In this document: positions 35,457-48,181 of the stretch, piece after piece
Numbering within the stretch: position 1 is the stretch's first letter
Layout of the letters: each line of letters starts with the position of its first letter
DNA from: Curvularia clavata
Taxonomy: Eukaryota
Assembly (NCBI GenBank): GCA_023920165.1
Contig: CP089275.1
Location: 1 to 64,000 of the forward strand
Direction: 5' to 3'
DNA length: 64,000 nt
Made by a program: the position numbers and the translations under genes
Notes under the pieces: generated by a model
The model's input: the letters and a program-made list of their open reading frames with translations, nothing else
Database searches by the model: none
Told to the model about the DNA's origin: nothing

Positions 35457-37542
35457 ACAAGATAGAAAGTATATAAATAGTGACCATGTGGTCACATATT
35501 CTAACTCTTCAATCTATTCTTGGAGACTGACAGAAAGGTTCAGAAAAGGTTGCAACATGGTAGAGTCTAAACTCACTTGGAATTGGGATCTTTACCACCA
35601 AATTTTATCCAAAGGGCAGCTTTGGTGGCGGTTCGAGAGATGCTGAACAAATCCTGGGCAATACCTCCTCTGAATGTACTAAGACTTTCATATCCAAGTC
35701 ATAGAGCCATAATCCAGACTGTAACATCGTCCCCCTAGGGTCATTTTTGCTGCACTCTTGCCCATCGCTTTCCCCTTCACCCACACGTTCGAAGCTTCTA
35801 CTAGAGTAGATGGCTCCGCGGAATGTTACGATCGGACAAACAAATAAGCCTATCAGATAATACCACTTCGTTTAGTTATTAAGTTGTAGCGAGACATTGA
35901 ACATACCAAATTCTTCATGAAACAGCCTCCACTGGTTTAGGTCATTTGGAAAATTTCTCAGTTTCTCCATTCTTGCCTTGCATTATGGAGTCAAGTCAAG
36001 GGCAGCCGCATCAAGCTTAGCTATCATTTTAGGACACTATGTTCCAATCAGAATAGGTCAATGCGATAGTAGTTATATTACCTAATAAGTATAACTCCTG
36101 CTCTGAGATATATTCTTTCTCTAATGACGTGCCTTCGACTGTGCATTTCGGACATAGTCAGCCGTGATGACTATTCTGGCCATCTTCCAAGCATCTTACT
36201 TGCTAGATCCTTAGGGGAATGATTAGTAGGTACATTTACAGTGATCCGGCAGCATCAGCCGCACTGATATAAGTACTAGATCCAATGGCTTGGAGAAAGC
36301 TGCTCATGCCCTGCACGTGCTGCTCATCTATTACCTCCGACAGTTCGATGCATGGGTATTTTCCCTGCCGCAACTGAAACGTTGCCAAGGTCATTGTTGC
36401 AAGTTCAAGGAGTGACACCGTATTCCAGAGCACATACCTTGAGATCGAGCTCGTTCGACATCCCCATCTAAGTCGATCACCCAGGCGTTGAGAGCTCCGG
36501 CATCCTGAAAATGCGGCCAATAATCCTTAGCCTCGGGCCGAGAACCGCTCGATGAAGACATTTTGGATACGGCACATCAAATTGATAATTGAATTTAGTG
36601 TATGAGAGATGGAAGCCTGGCGAGACGGTTCGGGCTGCTCACCCCGCTTATGGGGTTTGGCCAGACAGAAAAATCTTTTGTATCTGACTGGATCGCCTAA
36701 CGTCTGTACGACACTGGAATGTAAGCATGCAAAATATCATCATGTTATTTGTGAGCCGGACTTGGGTCTCATATTGCACATCACTATGACGGACGGCATA
36801 CATCCGCCGGGAGGCTTAACCCCCTCATCGCAAAACAAGAAAGCGGTCATCAAGATACTCACTAAATACAGCGCAGCAAGTTGCGTACTCCATGTTGCTT
36901 ATCGTCTGCCTAAGTAGCACGACGATAGTTCACCGCTTTAACCCCCGCCATATGTATTGTTGCAAGGTTTCCATGCTACAGTCATTAGCGATTGCTGCTT
37001 CGCCTCTGCGTGTAGCATTCCATAACATCAGTCAATACTAGTTAGATCAATAGCTGACCGATCACATCAACTGTTTTGTGGCAAACCTTTGGCCGCTAGT
37101 CTATATACTGGAAGGGAAGCTGTCCAAAGCAGTTGCGCAGCTACCAGTCTAGATATCAGCATACATGGGGGTTCTCTGGAGACTTGTTGGTGAGGGTGTC
37201 AACAACCGAACCATACTAGTCTCGCGCATAGACGATATGATTACAAGAACATAGCGATATATCTTCACGGTTGAAATGGTCTAAAACCCAGTTACTAGAA
37301 ACGCAGAATTTATGGCAAGAACACAAGCCCATCTTGATCTGGCTCAACAGATGGCCGAGGACTGATCCATTCTCCTGAAGAATGATAATCAAACGTTACC
37401 TCTTTCGCTATCGAAATACGTACATGTCTCTATCTATAGTGTAAACGGAACTAATTAAAGCCAAGTTATAGAGAATTATTGAGACTTAACAATTATTTAT
37501 CTAGAATGGAGAATATGAAAGTAATTTAGTATAGCTAGAGTA

Positions 37543-39397
37543 ACGTGTTGGATAAGCGAGTGAGCCAGGCAAGCGAGTGAGCCACCTCACCAACTTCGCG
37601 CATCTATACAAGCGTGTAGCTCCACTATAGTATAATAATATAGATATATATTAATATAGCAGATTAAGCAGTATCTATAGTATCATTTTTATACGTACGC
37701 GAATTATGGCCAGTCTCTCTACACCTACTACAGCGCGTAAGAGCCCGGCGGCTAACACCTGATCGCTCTCCTCCCTGACGCTCTTCATAAGCAATTTGCT
37801 CATCAGTCTCGCGTTAAGCGATAATATCCTCGCCAGCTCCCTTCGTAAGCACTTCTTACTTCTATATCCACTTTCTTTTACGCTCTCTACGCTTTAACGC
37901 TATCTTATTAGCTCTCTTAAGGTTGGCAATCCGCTCGCGCATTAGCTTAGCTAAGAGCATTATTATCTCTGCCCCCTTCTTAAACTAGCCAATCGCCGTA
38001 ATAATCGACGCTAGTAATAAGCTTTTATGCCGTCAAACACGATTACTTATTAGCGTTAATTAAGCTTCAAGCTCGCGTACGTTGCCTGGCGTATAGGCCT
38101 GCTAGAGAGCTTCTACGAGAGCAGCTAGAAGAGTAGGCGTATATAGCTGCACGTCAAGCTTTAATAGAACAGTGTCTGGCTAAAAAGGAACAAGGCCTGC
38201 ACCTCAAAAAGCTGAATAGATATTAGCTGACGTAAACGATTAATTAAAAGCTGCCTTAAATGCTGGTAGAAACTCAAGCTTAGTAATATAGTTAATATAG
38301 TTGCGTATTAGGCTCTCCACCTCATAGCTATACGCGCGCTTTAATAGCGAGAAGCAGCCAACATCAAGAGGCTAGAGTAAGTAAGACGAGTGAGGCGGCA
38401 TACAGAGAGTGTAGATATTATTCTCCTTATAGAGCTCTTAGAACTCAAGTGACTGGTGGCTCTCATGGCTATCAAGAATAAGTAGCTGGCGTGCCCCAAC
38501 AACCTTACTATCTGTATACTTGACAAAGTACTTTAGCCACTCAACTCCTAGCTTATTGGTCATCTAGCTATTATCGCTAACTACGATCGCCCAGTCGCGT
38601 AGAATCTCTGCCTCCTTATACCAGGCAGATAGGTAATACTTACTAGTAAAGATCAGAAATGGCGGGATAGACCAGCCGGCTGCGTTAATCCCAGCGATAA
38701 ATATCACCCACTCGCGACCACCTGGCTAGATAGCCTTTAGCTGAGCTCTTCTTTCTGACGCTATAACGACAAGCTAAGTAGTAATCTTGCCCATTAAGAA
38801 GCCAGCTTCGTCAAAGTTATAGACGTCCTCGTCGCAGATGCCGTACTTGGCCTTTGTCTGCTCTACAAGCTCAAACTAGTTCTTGATTAAGACTAGATCT
38901 TCACATAGAGCTCTCTATCTATCGTACGCCCAATTAAAGCGCGTTATAAGACTGTCTGTACGCTTGACAAAGTTAGCTGGCCACTTCTGCCCAACCTGGC
39001 TAGCGCCGCGCGCAGCCAGCAGCTTATCAGCCATATCGCGCATAGTAGCGTACGTGGGCGCAAATCCACATAAATTGAGATTAAGTATATAATTAACTAT
39101 CACCTCCTCTTCTAGCTTAGTTAGCTTCTTTAAGTTAGGCTAACAATCGCGTCAGATAGGGCAACCAGCGCGTCGGCGATAGAGTGTAGCTCGCGAGATA
39201 TTGAACGTCTTAGCAGCGCATCTCTCGGTTTCAATTTACTTTATATTAAGAGCTGAAATCGCAAGATACATATCAGCCTCACAAGAGACCTTAGAAGCTT
39301 GTTGGGGGGACGCCATAGTTAATTGAAGTTGAGGCGTTGTGGAAAGTTGGTGAGGTGGCTCACTCGCTTGCCTGGCTCACTCGCTTATCCAACACGT
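37543..39397 (-). mobile_element. pogo/Fot1-like transposon (1855 bp), RIP-inactivated
   Basis: Same TIRs as 16433-18287 but in the opposite orientation. TA TSD. Confidence 0.95.
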
Positions 39398-39420
39398 TAT
39401 CTGTAGTCTGAGAAAAGAGA

Positions 39421-39632
39421 TATTATTATCATCCAGTCTAAATTAGATTAGTCGAGCCCAATCCTATCTAACTATACTAACTCTAGTTAGTAAGAGACTA
39501 CTTGAGACTATAAAGTTCTAGTAATCGCCAGAGAAGCTTAATAGCGATTTGTCTCGTGAATATACAGCTGTTAACGCATAGTTCTCTCCTATCTATCTCG
39601 TGCTGTACCATCACACTACTAACAGTCTAACA
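39421..39632 (+). repeat. Degraded LTR-like repeat
   Basis: The 3' ~95 bp match the 20329 and 30233 repeats (GTCTCGTGAATA...AACAGTCTAACA). Left end uncertain. Confidence 0.6.
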
Positions 39633-40487
39633 AAAAGACCGAAGCCAAGACTGTATCCTATAGATACTAGATATTGGGGATATGATTCTGGGTTAAGATG
39701 CCATCGATCTTGGGTCAAGAATTATATTTAAAGGATTTTCAGCTACGGTTAATCTGAACGGTTGATGCTATGAGCCTAAAGTGTACCCCTGAAGGGCTCG
39801 GATGCTTCCGGATGATAAACGAGAAGGGGTGGAAAGAGACTTACTTCTAGAAATGAAAATGACTCGTTATTTTATGCCCTAATAACCACGATTCAGGGCG
39901 GCCAGGGTGCCGAATTGGGCACGAATGAGCTTACAGACTGATGCCGACCTAGCTGGTGTTCTAGATACCGGTTCATGTGCAAGGATGGACATAGATTCTG
40001 CGGACGAAAATTTCTTCTACCACACAAAAGGTCCAACATAGCGTTCTACTGTCGGTCGGACAAACAGTGCCTTTTCACAATCAACAGTCTAGCTTTTCGC
40101 ACCCAAATTCGGAGTTACGAAGTGCTAATAGATCCGACTGCCGATGTTGGCGGACTGATACTAGGGTTCTCGGCGTCTCGCGTTGTAGTCGGGGTAGACA
40201 ACCGCCGACCCCGAACGGCCGAGGTCTCTGCATCTCCTGAGTGACGTTAGACATTTTGGTTTTATACATAACAGATTCCAGTTCTGGCTAAGACTAGACT
40301 CCACTCTGGAGATGTGGCAGATGAAGTATTCGAGACGCGCGTTCGAGGCCTGTCCGTATAAAGATCGGGTGATTCACGTCATGTTTTGCAACTTGGTATG
40401 GACGTTTGCACTCTTGACCCGATCAATTGTTTATGATATAGCGACATAAGCGCCTCGGTCTCCTCCCAATCTTCAACACCAGGCGGC

Positions 40488-41828
40488 ATGAGCACACAGG
40501 TGAGTGTAAAAGATTCTTACCAATCAGTCACAAGCAGGTCTTGCGCGAATGCGGCTTGTCTGCTTCTAGAATAACACTCGTGCTTAACACTTTCTTGTTA
40601 CTTCCCACATTACAAGTTGCACATCAGGTGCGCAAAGCTTAATCACACTGCTAACAACTCTCAGTCACATTCCGGCCCATTTCGGCCAACCAACTGGGCT
40701 TTAGGCGGTATCCCCAAGAAGAATGTTGACATCCCCGTCACCGCAGTCTTCCTCTTCTTATACATCATCGGCGCAGCCACACATATGACAATCTTACAAC
40801 ACAACAAGCGTAGAGGACACAAGTTTCTGTTCAGCGGCATGATATTCGGTGAGTCTCTCCATGGCCCCTTTCCACCAACACCAACATCACTTCAGTGGTC
40901 TCATTCCATCGGAAAATAACGATTCCACACAAATACCAATTCTAGAGTCCCAAATTGACATGTATTTCCTATCCTAGGCTTCTGCATGGCCCGTGTAACA
41001 ACTTGCACCATCCGCATCGCCTCTATCTCTCTCCCCACCAACATCCGCCTTGCCATCGCCGCTCAAATCTTCGTTGCAGCCGGCATCCTCCTCATCTTTG
41101 TCATAAACCTCCTCTGGACACAGCGCATCCTCCGCGCCTACCACCCTCTGGGCTGGCACCCCTCCGTCAACTACATGTTTACGACCATCTTCGTCGTTAT
41201 CGTCCTCACCCTCGCCATGCTCATCACGGCCGTTGTACAGTCTTTCTATACGCTACGCCCGCGCACCCTACATATCGACCGCGACATTCAGCTGTACGGC
41301 TTGACGTACTTCGCGATCGTCAGCTTCCTCCCTATCCCGCTCGTTGCAATCGCACTCATCCTAGGCAAGACATCCTCAGATCGCAAAGTAGAAAAGTTCG
41401 GCCAGGGACGACACAGGACGAAGATTGCCGTGCTACTCCTTGGTGCAGCGCTCTGCTGCCTCGGGGCATCGTACCGCGCGGGAACATCGTGGTTGCATCC
41501 TGTGTCTATGCACGAGCCTGAGCCGGCAAGGTTTCACAGGGGTTGGTTCTACTTCATGGACTTTGGGCTCGAGATCTTGATCGTGTACATGTATGCTATC
41601 ATGCGCGTTGATCTGAGGTTTTGGATCCCGGATGGGGCAAAGGGTCCGGGGAGCTATAGGATGAAGCATGAGTGGGAGGAGGAGCATGCTCGGGAGAGGG
41701 TGTCGGATAAGGAGAGCTTGGAGGAGACGGAGAGGAAGAAGAGTGCGGAGGATATGGGAGAGATGGAAAGGACAAAGACTGAGGAGGGATCCGAGAAAGA
41801 GAAGATGCAAGAGGGCGCTGAAGTTTGA
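40488..41828 (+). CDS. DUF3112-like multi-pass membrane protein
   Basis: Motifs LGGIPKKNVDIP, GHKFLFSGMIFG|FCMARV, IAAQIFVAAG, RVDLRFWIPDGAKGPGSY. Introns at about 40500-40664 and 40849-40977. Confidence 0.8.
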
Positions 41829-43360
41829 GGTTATTTACCCTTCTCTAGCGATAGTATTTTAGACAAGTATAGATTTTTTTCAGAAGATTCCGTTAGCATT
41901 ATACAGGCCAGCATCATGTAACATCAATAGTATTCAAGTCACTTTTTAACTCTGGTACCCGGTGAACCCCCTTCTCTCCTAGAACTAAGCGAATCTGCGG
42001 CTTACCCCTTCTAGACACAAGAGCAAGGCGCTGAACACGCGTCAAGGAGCAAGCAACAATACTCCTACCTCCTCCTACACCTCTCTTACTAGAATATTGC
42101 GGCAGAAGTAAAGCAAAATGCAGTAATACGTATAAACTGTCCCCTGCATGTACATATTAACTGCCTACTAGCTAAGTGTCTTTCAATACAGGCGCCTACT
42201 CATCCTCTAAGCACTACTCTTCTCCAGTACCTCCCTGGCATGCATTCTACGATAAATTACAGTGTGGTTGTTCGCTTTTCTATACAAAATTTCAGCATAT
42301 ACACGGATACTTGAGTGCAGTTTATCGCTTTTTCAGAGTGAAGTTCTTCGCTCTTCGCATGCCTTAATACCTATACAATCTTAATATAGTTTGACCAATA
42401 TGAGGCAGCGATTCGTCACCAAAATCGCGTTAAAATAGGGTTAGCGTTAGAGCTAACTTAACCCTAACCAGCAAAGTTTCTAGACGGGCCTAGGTTACAA
42501 GACAGGCTATAGTGACTAGACAACTAGAACTGATTAGATATTTTCCCAGACTCTAACTGCGTGACAGCAAAATCGCACCTAACTACGTTACCATGTTATA
42601 TAAGAAGTAGAGTAGTTAATGCTAGTCACATAATTGCCACCCATCGTGTGAAGGGCTACGCCCGTGACTTAACCCTCCAGCCCGCGTTCCGGACCGGAAC
42701 AAAGTCGGTCGGTGACGCCAAGTCTTTGAATGTAGGGCTGTATCAGCGTTGCGCTGTTACATGGATGAGAGAAATATTTACTTTTACGTTATGCTACGTA
42801 GGACGAGCAGAATGAGGAGTCCGTACGCACCAAAGGGACCCCCTAGTGCAGTAGGATAAATACAGGGCATTACGCAACCAACGCGTTCCACCTCTACGCT
42901 AGATGAGATTGGCGCTAGTCTGTTTTGAGGGGGGTTTGGGGAGAAATAGTGGGGCTCGTGTCGATAGCCCGAATCAAGTCGGGAGCTATGCAAAATCCAA
43001 GCTACATGGACCGACTTGAGACTGTGGCAGACGGAGATTATAGAAACCGCCAAGTCAACGCTACGCCGAGATGGTAGAGGAGAATGGAGAAGCCCCATCA
43101 TTAATCACGGAGCAGCACCGAGGCGGCATAGTCAAAATCAGCGGTACTTACGACGAGGCTAATTCTCATGGCCTAATTGTAGATGGCATGAAACTTAAAT
43201 AGAGCGTCTTCGCCTTGAAGCTTCACCCTCTGACATGATTGTCGATTCTTTTTCATATCTGATCAAGTACTTGAAAGCTAGGAAATTGTGAAATTGTCAC
43301 AAAGCATCTTTTTCTACCACATCCACAAAAGCAATTCTTGCTTTGTATCGAACGAGGAAA

Positions 43361-44356
43361 ATGATCACTACAACAACAATCATCAAACCTAACAAGACGG
43401 AGGTTGATACTGTTCCTTCACTACAACGTCTCGATGCTCAAGACCCAGCGACAACATATGAACGAGTGGTCGAGCTTGTTCGTATAGATGGTGGGGTCAT
43501 TATCAAGAATTTCATATCTACTCAGCATGCAGATCGAATCAAGGCAGAGCTGGCTCCTGTATTTGCTGCCGATGTACCCGACACGTCCGGCTTCTTTCCC
43601 ACTACTACACGTCGGGCTACGGGTCTACTGGCAGCATCCAAAGGCTGTGTCGAGCTTGCGACCAACAAATTATGGATAGACACGTGCAATGAGATTTTGA
43701 CATCGACATGCTCGCCCTGGTACGGTGAGAAGCGTCGCACCTTTGTTACGAAGCCTACACTTGCTGGAACCTTCGGATTCCAGATCCGCCCTGGCTCGGT
43801 TGCACAGGATCTGCACCGTGATGATAGTGACTATCATCTGCCCAGTGGGATCGACTCCTGTATGATGGGATTACTTGTCGCCATCACCAGGTGCACCTAC
43901 GAAAATGGTGCGACCATGGTTATCCCCAAGTCGAATGTCTGGAGCCTGGATCGTGCACCGCGCACGGACGAGGCAGTGCCGGTGGAGCTTGAGATTGGCG
44001 ACGCCCTCATCTTCCCTGGCAACACCTACCACGGAGGTGGCGCAAACAAGACCAAGTAAGTAGTGCAAATTCTATTTAAGTGCTTTCTCATAAAACGTAA
44101 ACTCATACTTAGAAATCTCGGCAGGGATGAGATTCGTGAAGTCATCGGACTTTTCATGTGCAAGGGATATCTGAAATCGGAGGAAAACCACCAGCTAGAA
44201 ATCTCTGTAGAGTTGGCAAAGGAAAAGAAGTTCTCACCCCAAGTCCTGCGTCTGCTAAACTACGGTATAAGTCAACCAGCGCTAGGGTTCTATAAATATA
44301 AGGACCCCATGTCTGTCATTTTCGGCATCGACGACGAGGATACAGTACATCTATAA
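43361..44356 (+). CDS. Phytanoyl-CoA dioxygenase (PhyH) family Fe(II)/2-oxoglutarate dioxygenase
   Basis: DGGVIIKNF, QDLHRDD (HxD), ENGATMVIP, YHGGGAN, and EENHQL. Intron at 44056-44124. Confidence 0.92.
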
Positions 44357-44487
44357 GTTGTGGGACCCTTATAAACTAGGTGGAGGAGGAGAAACATGTC
44401 AAATCCGGATCCAGTCGAACATTATGTCAGTGAAGTGTTACTTGTAATTACGTACTTAAGCGCTGCAATTATCATGAACAAGAAAAT

Positions 44488-46068
44488 TTATAGTATTAGA
44501 AAGTTCCCATGACTCTGTATCCATGATTGGGCGTATTCAATCCAATTGTCATACGCAGCCTGGCCCCAGAAGGACTTCAGAAATCTAAGCATCCGCGGTC
44601 GATCAAGCTCACAATACAATTCCATGACGTAATTCATTCGCATTTCAATCCACGATTGCGCAGTTGGGTCCTGAGTACTTACCGTCGCCAATACAAATAG
44701 AGGCCACGGTTGTGACTGTGCGAGTGAAGCAGGATTCTCAAGGGATAGCAGCGAATCGAGAAGATTTGTGCGCAGGCGTAATAATGTGCTTTGATCGGAA
44801 CAGACACTCAGGCCTTCGTCCAGCTTGGAAACATCAGTGGATAGGGCCTGGTGACAATAGATCTGCGTTGCGTGATAATAAGCGCTAACAACGCACTCGA
44901 AATCGTGGCGATTCGTACTGTACACCGTGTTTGGTTCTTTCAAGACCATCTTATAGGCTTTGTCCAGATCAAATAATGCGTTTTGAAGGATTGTACAAAA
45001 AATGGCTAGCTGTTTGACGCGTTCCACACGTCGTATTGCTGTGTTTCTTCTTGCCTGGGTCACACGACGCATCACAACAACGAAAGCTATGAAGGGAGAT
45101 TTGCCGTTTACACGTTGTTCAGCCCCGCACTTGCCATACGGTTCCAGGGTCCCGGAAACCTCGTTCGGTGGGTAGTGAGTCAGCAGAGCCCATGTACTCG
45201 CACTAAACAGTTCTTCAGAAAGAAAAGCATTTATGGAGTCGGTAGTGGCTGCGAATTGCATCATGTTGCTGATATTCTGTGCGGTCCGGAGATGGAAGTG
45301 CCACATACCACTGGATGGCCAGTGGACCTCTAAGTAGGAAAGAAGTAGCACGCTGGTAATGACTGTTTGGACCAGTAGTTGCGGAGGACGCGGGCTGCCC
45401 GACTGGAGAGCACCTCGCAGTACCCGCAGATCCTCGGATAGGAAGCGGAAGGCCTTTGCGCGTAAAGTGTCCGTGATACGAAGATACATATCGCGTTGAG
45501 TATCGCCTTCAGCAAGACGGGAAGCGACATTGCTTGCGGCTACTCCTAGGATAACTGATAATAAGGAGTAGAGTGACGAAGATGGTCCAAGAGATTCCAT
45601 AGCCAGTGGTAGAACTATAATTCGCCATGGATTGGGCTCCCCTTCACACCATGCAAGCTGCACAGAAACAACATCTACAAAGTGTTGCAGTAGGAGATTT
45701 TCGATGCCGGGTAATGACGTTGATGACAATAGGCTTGGTAGCTGTTTATATCCATATAAAACTGTAGGCTTTTGATATGAGGGGACCACTGGCGACGATT
45801 GTATTGAAGCTTCCGCAAACTGGTGCGAATGATAACGGGTTGGTGCTGTGGGAAAGATTATTCTGTTTGGACCTTTGCTGGCGGCTCCACAGATCCACTT
45901 GAAGGTCTTTCCATATCCTGAACACTCCAAGCCACGAGACATGCATTTTCTGCAAGCTGGCCGAGTTCCGTCACATCTTATGCGGCGTCGATTGCAGACT
46001 CTGCATTCTGGTGCTGCGGAATGTGTTGTTCTATGCGCTGTGGAAGACTTGTTGAGAATGTCTAGCAT
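44488..46068 (-). CDS. Zn2Cys6 transcription factor with fungal-specific TF domain
   Basis: ECRVCNRRRIRCDGTRPACRKCMSRGLECSGY at the N-terminus, NPWRIIVLPLA in the middle, WPLFVLA near the C-terminus. Confidence 0.92.
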   Translation of the reverse strand: MLDILNKSSTAHRTTHSAAPECRVCNRRRIRCDGTRPACRKCMSRGLECSGYGKTFKWICGAASKGPNRIIFPTAPTRYHSHQFAEASIQSSPVVPSYQKPTVLYGYKQLPSLLSSTSLPGIENLLLQHFVDVVSVQLAWCEGEPNPWRIIVLPLAMESLGPSSSLYSLLSVILGVAASNVASRLAEGDTQRDMYLRITDTLRAKAFRFLSEDLRVLRGALQSGSPRPPQLLVQTVITSVLLLSYLEVHWPSSGMWHFHLRTAQNISNMMQFAATTDSINAFLSEELFSASTWALLTHYPPNEVSGTLEPYGKCGAEQRVNGKSPFIAFVVVMRRVTQARRNTAIRRVERVKQLAIFCTILQNALFDLDKAYKMVLKEPNTVYSTNRHDFECVVSAYYHATQIYCHQALSTDVSKLDEGLSVCSDQSTLLRLRTNLLDSLLSLENPASLAQSQPWPLFVLATVSTQDPTAQSWIEMRMNYVMELYCELDRPRMLRFLKSFWGQAAYDNWIEYAQSWIQSHGNFLIL

Positions 46069-46798
46069 GGCGGCTGTCCATTTATCAAAAGGCTATGACT
46101 GACAACAATACCCTAACCAGAAGTTCTGACTGAGAAGAGATTGCGAATCATATTGATCTGTGGTATAGTGGAGAATTCTTGCTAGACAATGGATGTGTAG
46201 TGGGAGGCGGGGATGCAGAGAGAAGAAGTAGAGCGGGGCTGAGGGTTTAAGATGCGTTGCCAAGCCCCCTTCCCCCGAGGGCACACATGTTTCTTCCGAG
46301 TAAGCTCCTGCCGCTCTCCTGCTTGACCTGCACCTGCTCCCCCTGCTGCTACCCTGTCCGTGCCGCTGACCACCCTGGCTCAACTTATCGCTAGTCAGCT
46401 GCTCTGTTGAACTCCTCTCTCTTCCATCTCACGTCTTACGTACATACCTAACACACGACGCGACGCGATAGAATAACGTGTTTCACAAGTGAGCGCGCCA
46501 CTTTTCCCCAGCGCGTCCACTTCGCAATATTATTCTAGTACCATGATAGAACAAAGCTATTGAAAAAAGATAAATAGCTTGAGAATTACTCTTTCTTGCT
46601 CTATGTGTTTAGATATAAGAAATTTAGAAATCTCCTAGCCTTTATCAAGATTTCAATACTTGAAGAGCCGCGGTAGCTGGATTTCCACTCTCTTAGACAT
46701 CGCTAGCATATCCGTGTGCAAGCCCATGCGTCCCAGACAAGCACCCATCAATCGCGCTCGCGAATTGCAGATTGTGGGTCAGTCTCTCCATTTTCTTT

Positions 46799-48181
46799 TC
46801 AAAACCACCACAGCTTATCTTCTAGTCCATCCTTCCACAGTTGCGGACAAGGTTCAGCGGGATCCAAGGTTTTCCACCCAGACAGCTCGACCGCTATACT
46901 AAGATAGAGAAGAATACAGGGCCCTACTAGTACCATTAATTGAAACGCTATTATGGCGAGAAAGGATAGTGTGTAGCCCACCCCTGCGACAGATATCGCC
47001 GTGAGAATCGATACGCCGGACCAGGAAAGGAGCTTCACGCGATTGGGTGAAGCCGCGCTCAGTCCCGAATTTGTTGGATCTTGGGAAGGCTGGCGAGTAT
47101 GTGCACTCGAATTGTCTGGAGGCTGAGGCGCAGATTTGTTAAGAAGAATCTTTCGGAAGCCGTGAAGTAGGGCGATGTAGTGAATGGAGGACCACAGTGC
47201 ACATTGCAAACCCCATAGAATGAACAACAGTTGCCAAATGCTATCATCAGACCGCCACATAATCGACCTCTGAAGCCATCCTCCCGCGAGTTCATACAGA
47301 ATCATTTTTGGGATAGCCGATACCTCCTTTTCGAAGAGATAAATCTCTGATTTTTGAGAAGGCAAGCCTTGTGCGTGCTTGAAAGCGCTGCATTCCCGCG
47401 AGCTACAAAGCCTCTCCGTACATGGTTGGATCTGTTCGTGCAGCGCCCAGGTGATGCTCAGCAACGAGACCGTGAGCGACTTTAGTAAGGTTGCTAGCCC
47501 GGAGAGTACCAGGAAAGCCATGGCATAATCGACTGCAGCAACTGTGTTGGAGAGGACGCGACGAGATAGTAGCACTCCCGCCTGAGCGTATTGGCTCATC
47601 AAGATCAAAAGAATCAAGACACGGCCGCACCATTTCAGATCGCGCTTCGAAGGAATCGCTTCGATATGCTGCTGGTTTACTAAGCCCAAAAGGGCCCTAC
47701 GTTCGTTGCTGCTGGACTTAGTAGTAGCGTACGCACTGCAAAACCTCGCAAGTCGATATCTCAACGTAATATTCCTTTCCCAGGGTCCCTGGCTTAGACG
47801 TAAAAGACCAACAAATCCGTACCAGAACGATAGTGCAAATGAGAAAAGCACTGCTAGCGGATTGACGAGTACTTCGAGCGCGTGAAACAACTGGAGCTTC
47901 CATGATCGTACGTTCGAAAGAGAACTGAAGTGGCCTCGTATTCCGACCGTTGTGACCGTCGCAGCAAAGAGCTTGACTACTGCGCCAGTCGCGGTTCGAC
48001 CTGTGCCCTGAGGACAAGCTTGATGAAATTCCTCAGTGCCTGGAAAGGAGCTATGATGGTCTTGCATAGCTTTGAAGGCGTATATGACAGCTAGCATGAT
48101 CCTGAAGAATGGAATATGAGTTGATGTCGGATGACACAGATGTCTCAATTCGTCCCGTGACGACCGCAGGATCATGTCCAT
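46799..48181 (-). CDS. Uncharacterised multi-pass membrane protein
   Basis: Uninterrupted 460-aa ORF with several hydrophobic segments. No family recognised; the start codon is uncertain. Confidence 0.7.
   Translation of the reverse strand: MDMILRSSRDELRHLCHPTSTHIPFFRIMLAVIYAFKAMQDHHSSFPGTEEFHQACPQGTGRTATGAVVKLFAATVTTVGIRGHFSSLSNVRSWKLQLFHALEVLVNPLAVLFSFALSFWYGFVGLLRLSQGPWERNITLRYRLARFCSAYATTKSSSNERRALLGLVNQQHIEAIPSKRDLKWCGRVLILLILMSQYAQAGVLLSRRVLSNTVAAVDYAMAFLVLSGLATLLKSLTVSLLSITWALHEQIQPCTERLCSSRECSAFKHAQGLPSQKSEIYLFEKEVSAIPKMILYELAGGWLQRSIMWRSDDSIWQLLFILWGLQCALWSSIHYIALLHGFRKILLNKSAPQPPDNSSAHTRQPSQDPTNSGLSAASPNRVKLLSWSGVSILTAISVAGVGYTLSFLAIIAFQLMVLVGPCILLYLSIAVELSGWKTLDPAEPCPQLWKDGLEDKLWWF

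Noticed and set aside
36236..36561. Possible minus-strand exon MSSSSGSRPEAKDYWPHF... with a GTATGT donor
   Set aside because: The best splice leads to an early stop and no family is recognisable. At most a pseudogene fragment.
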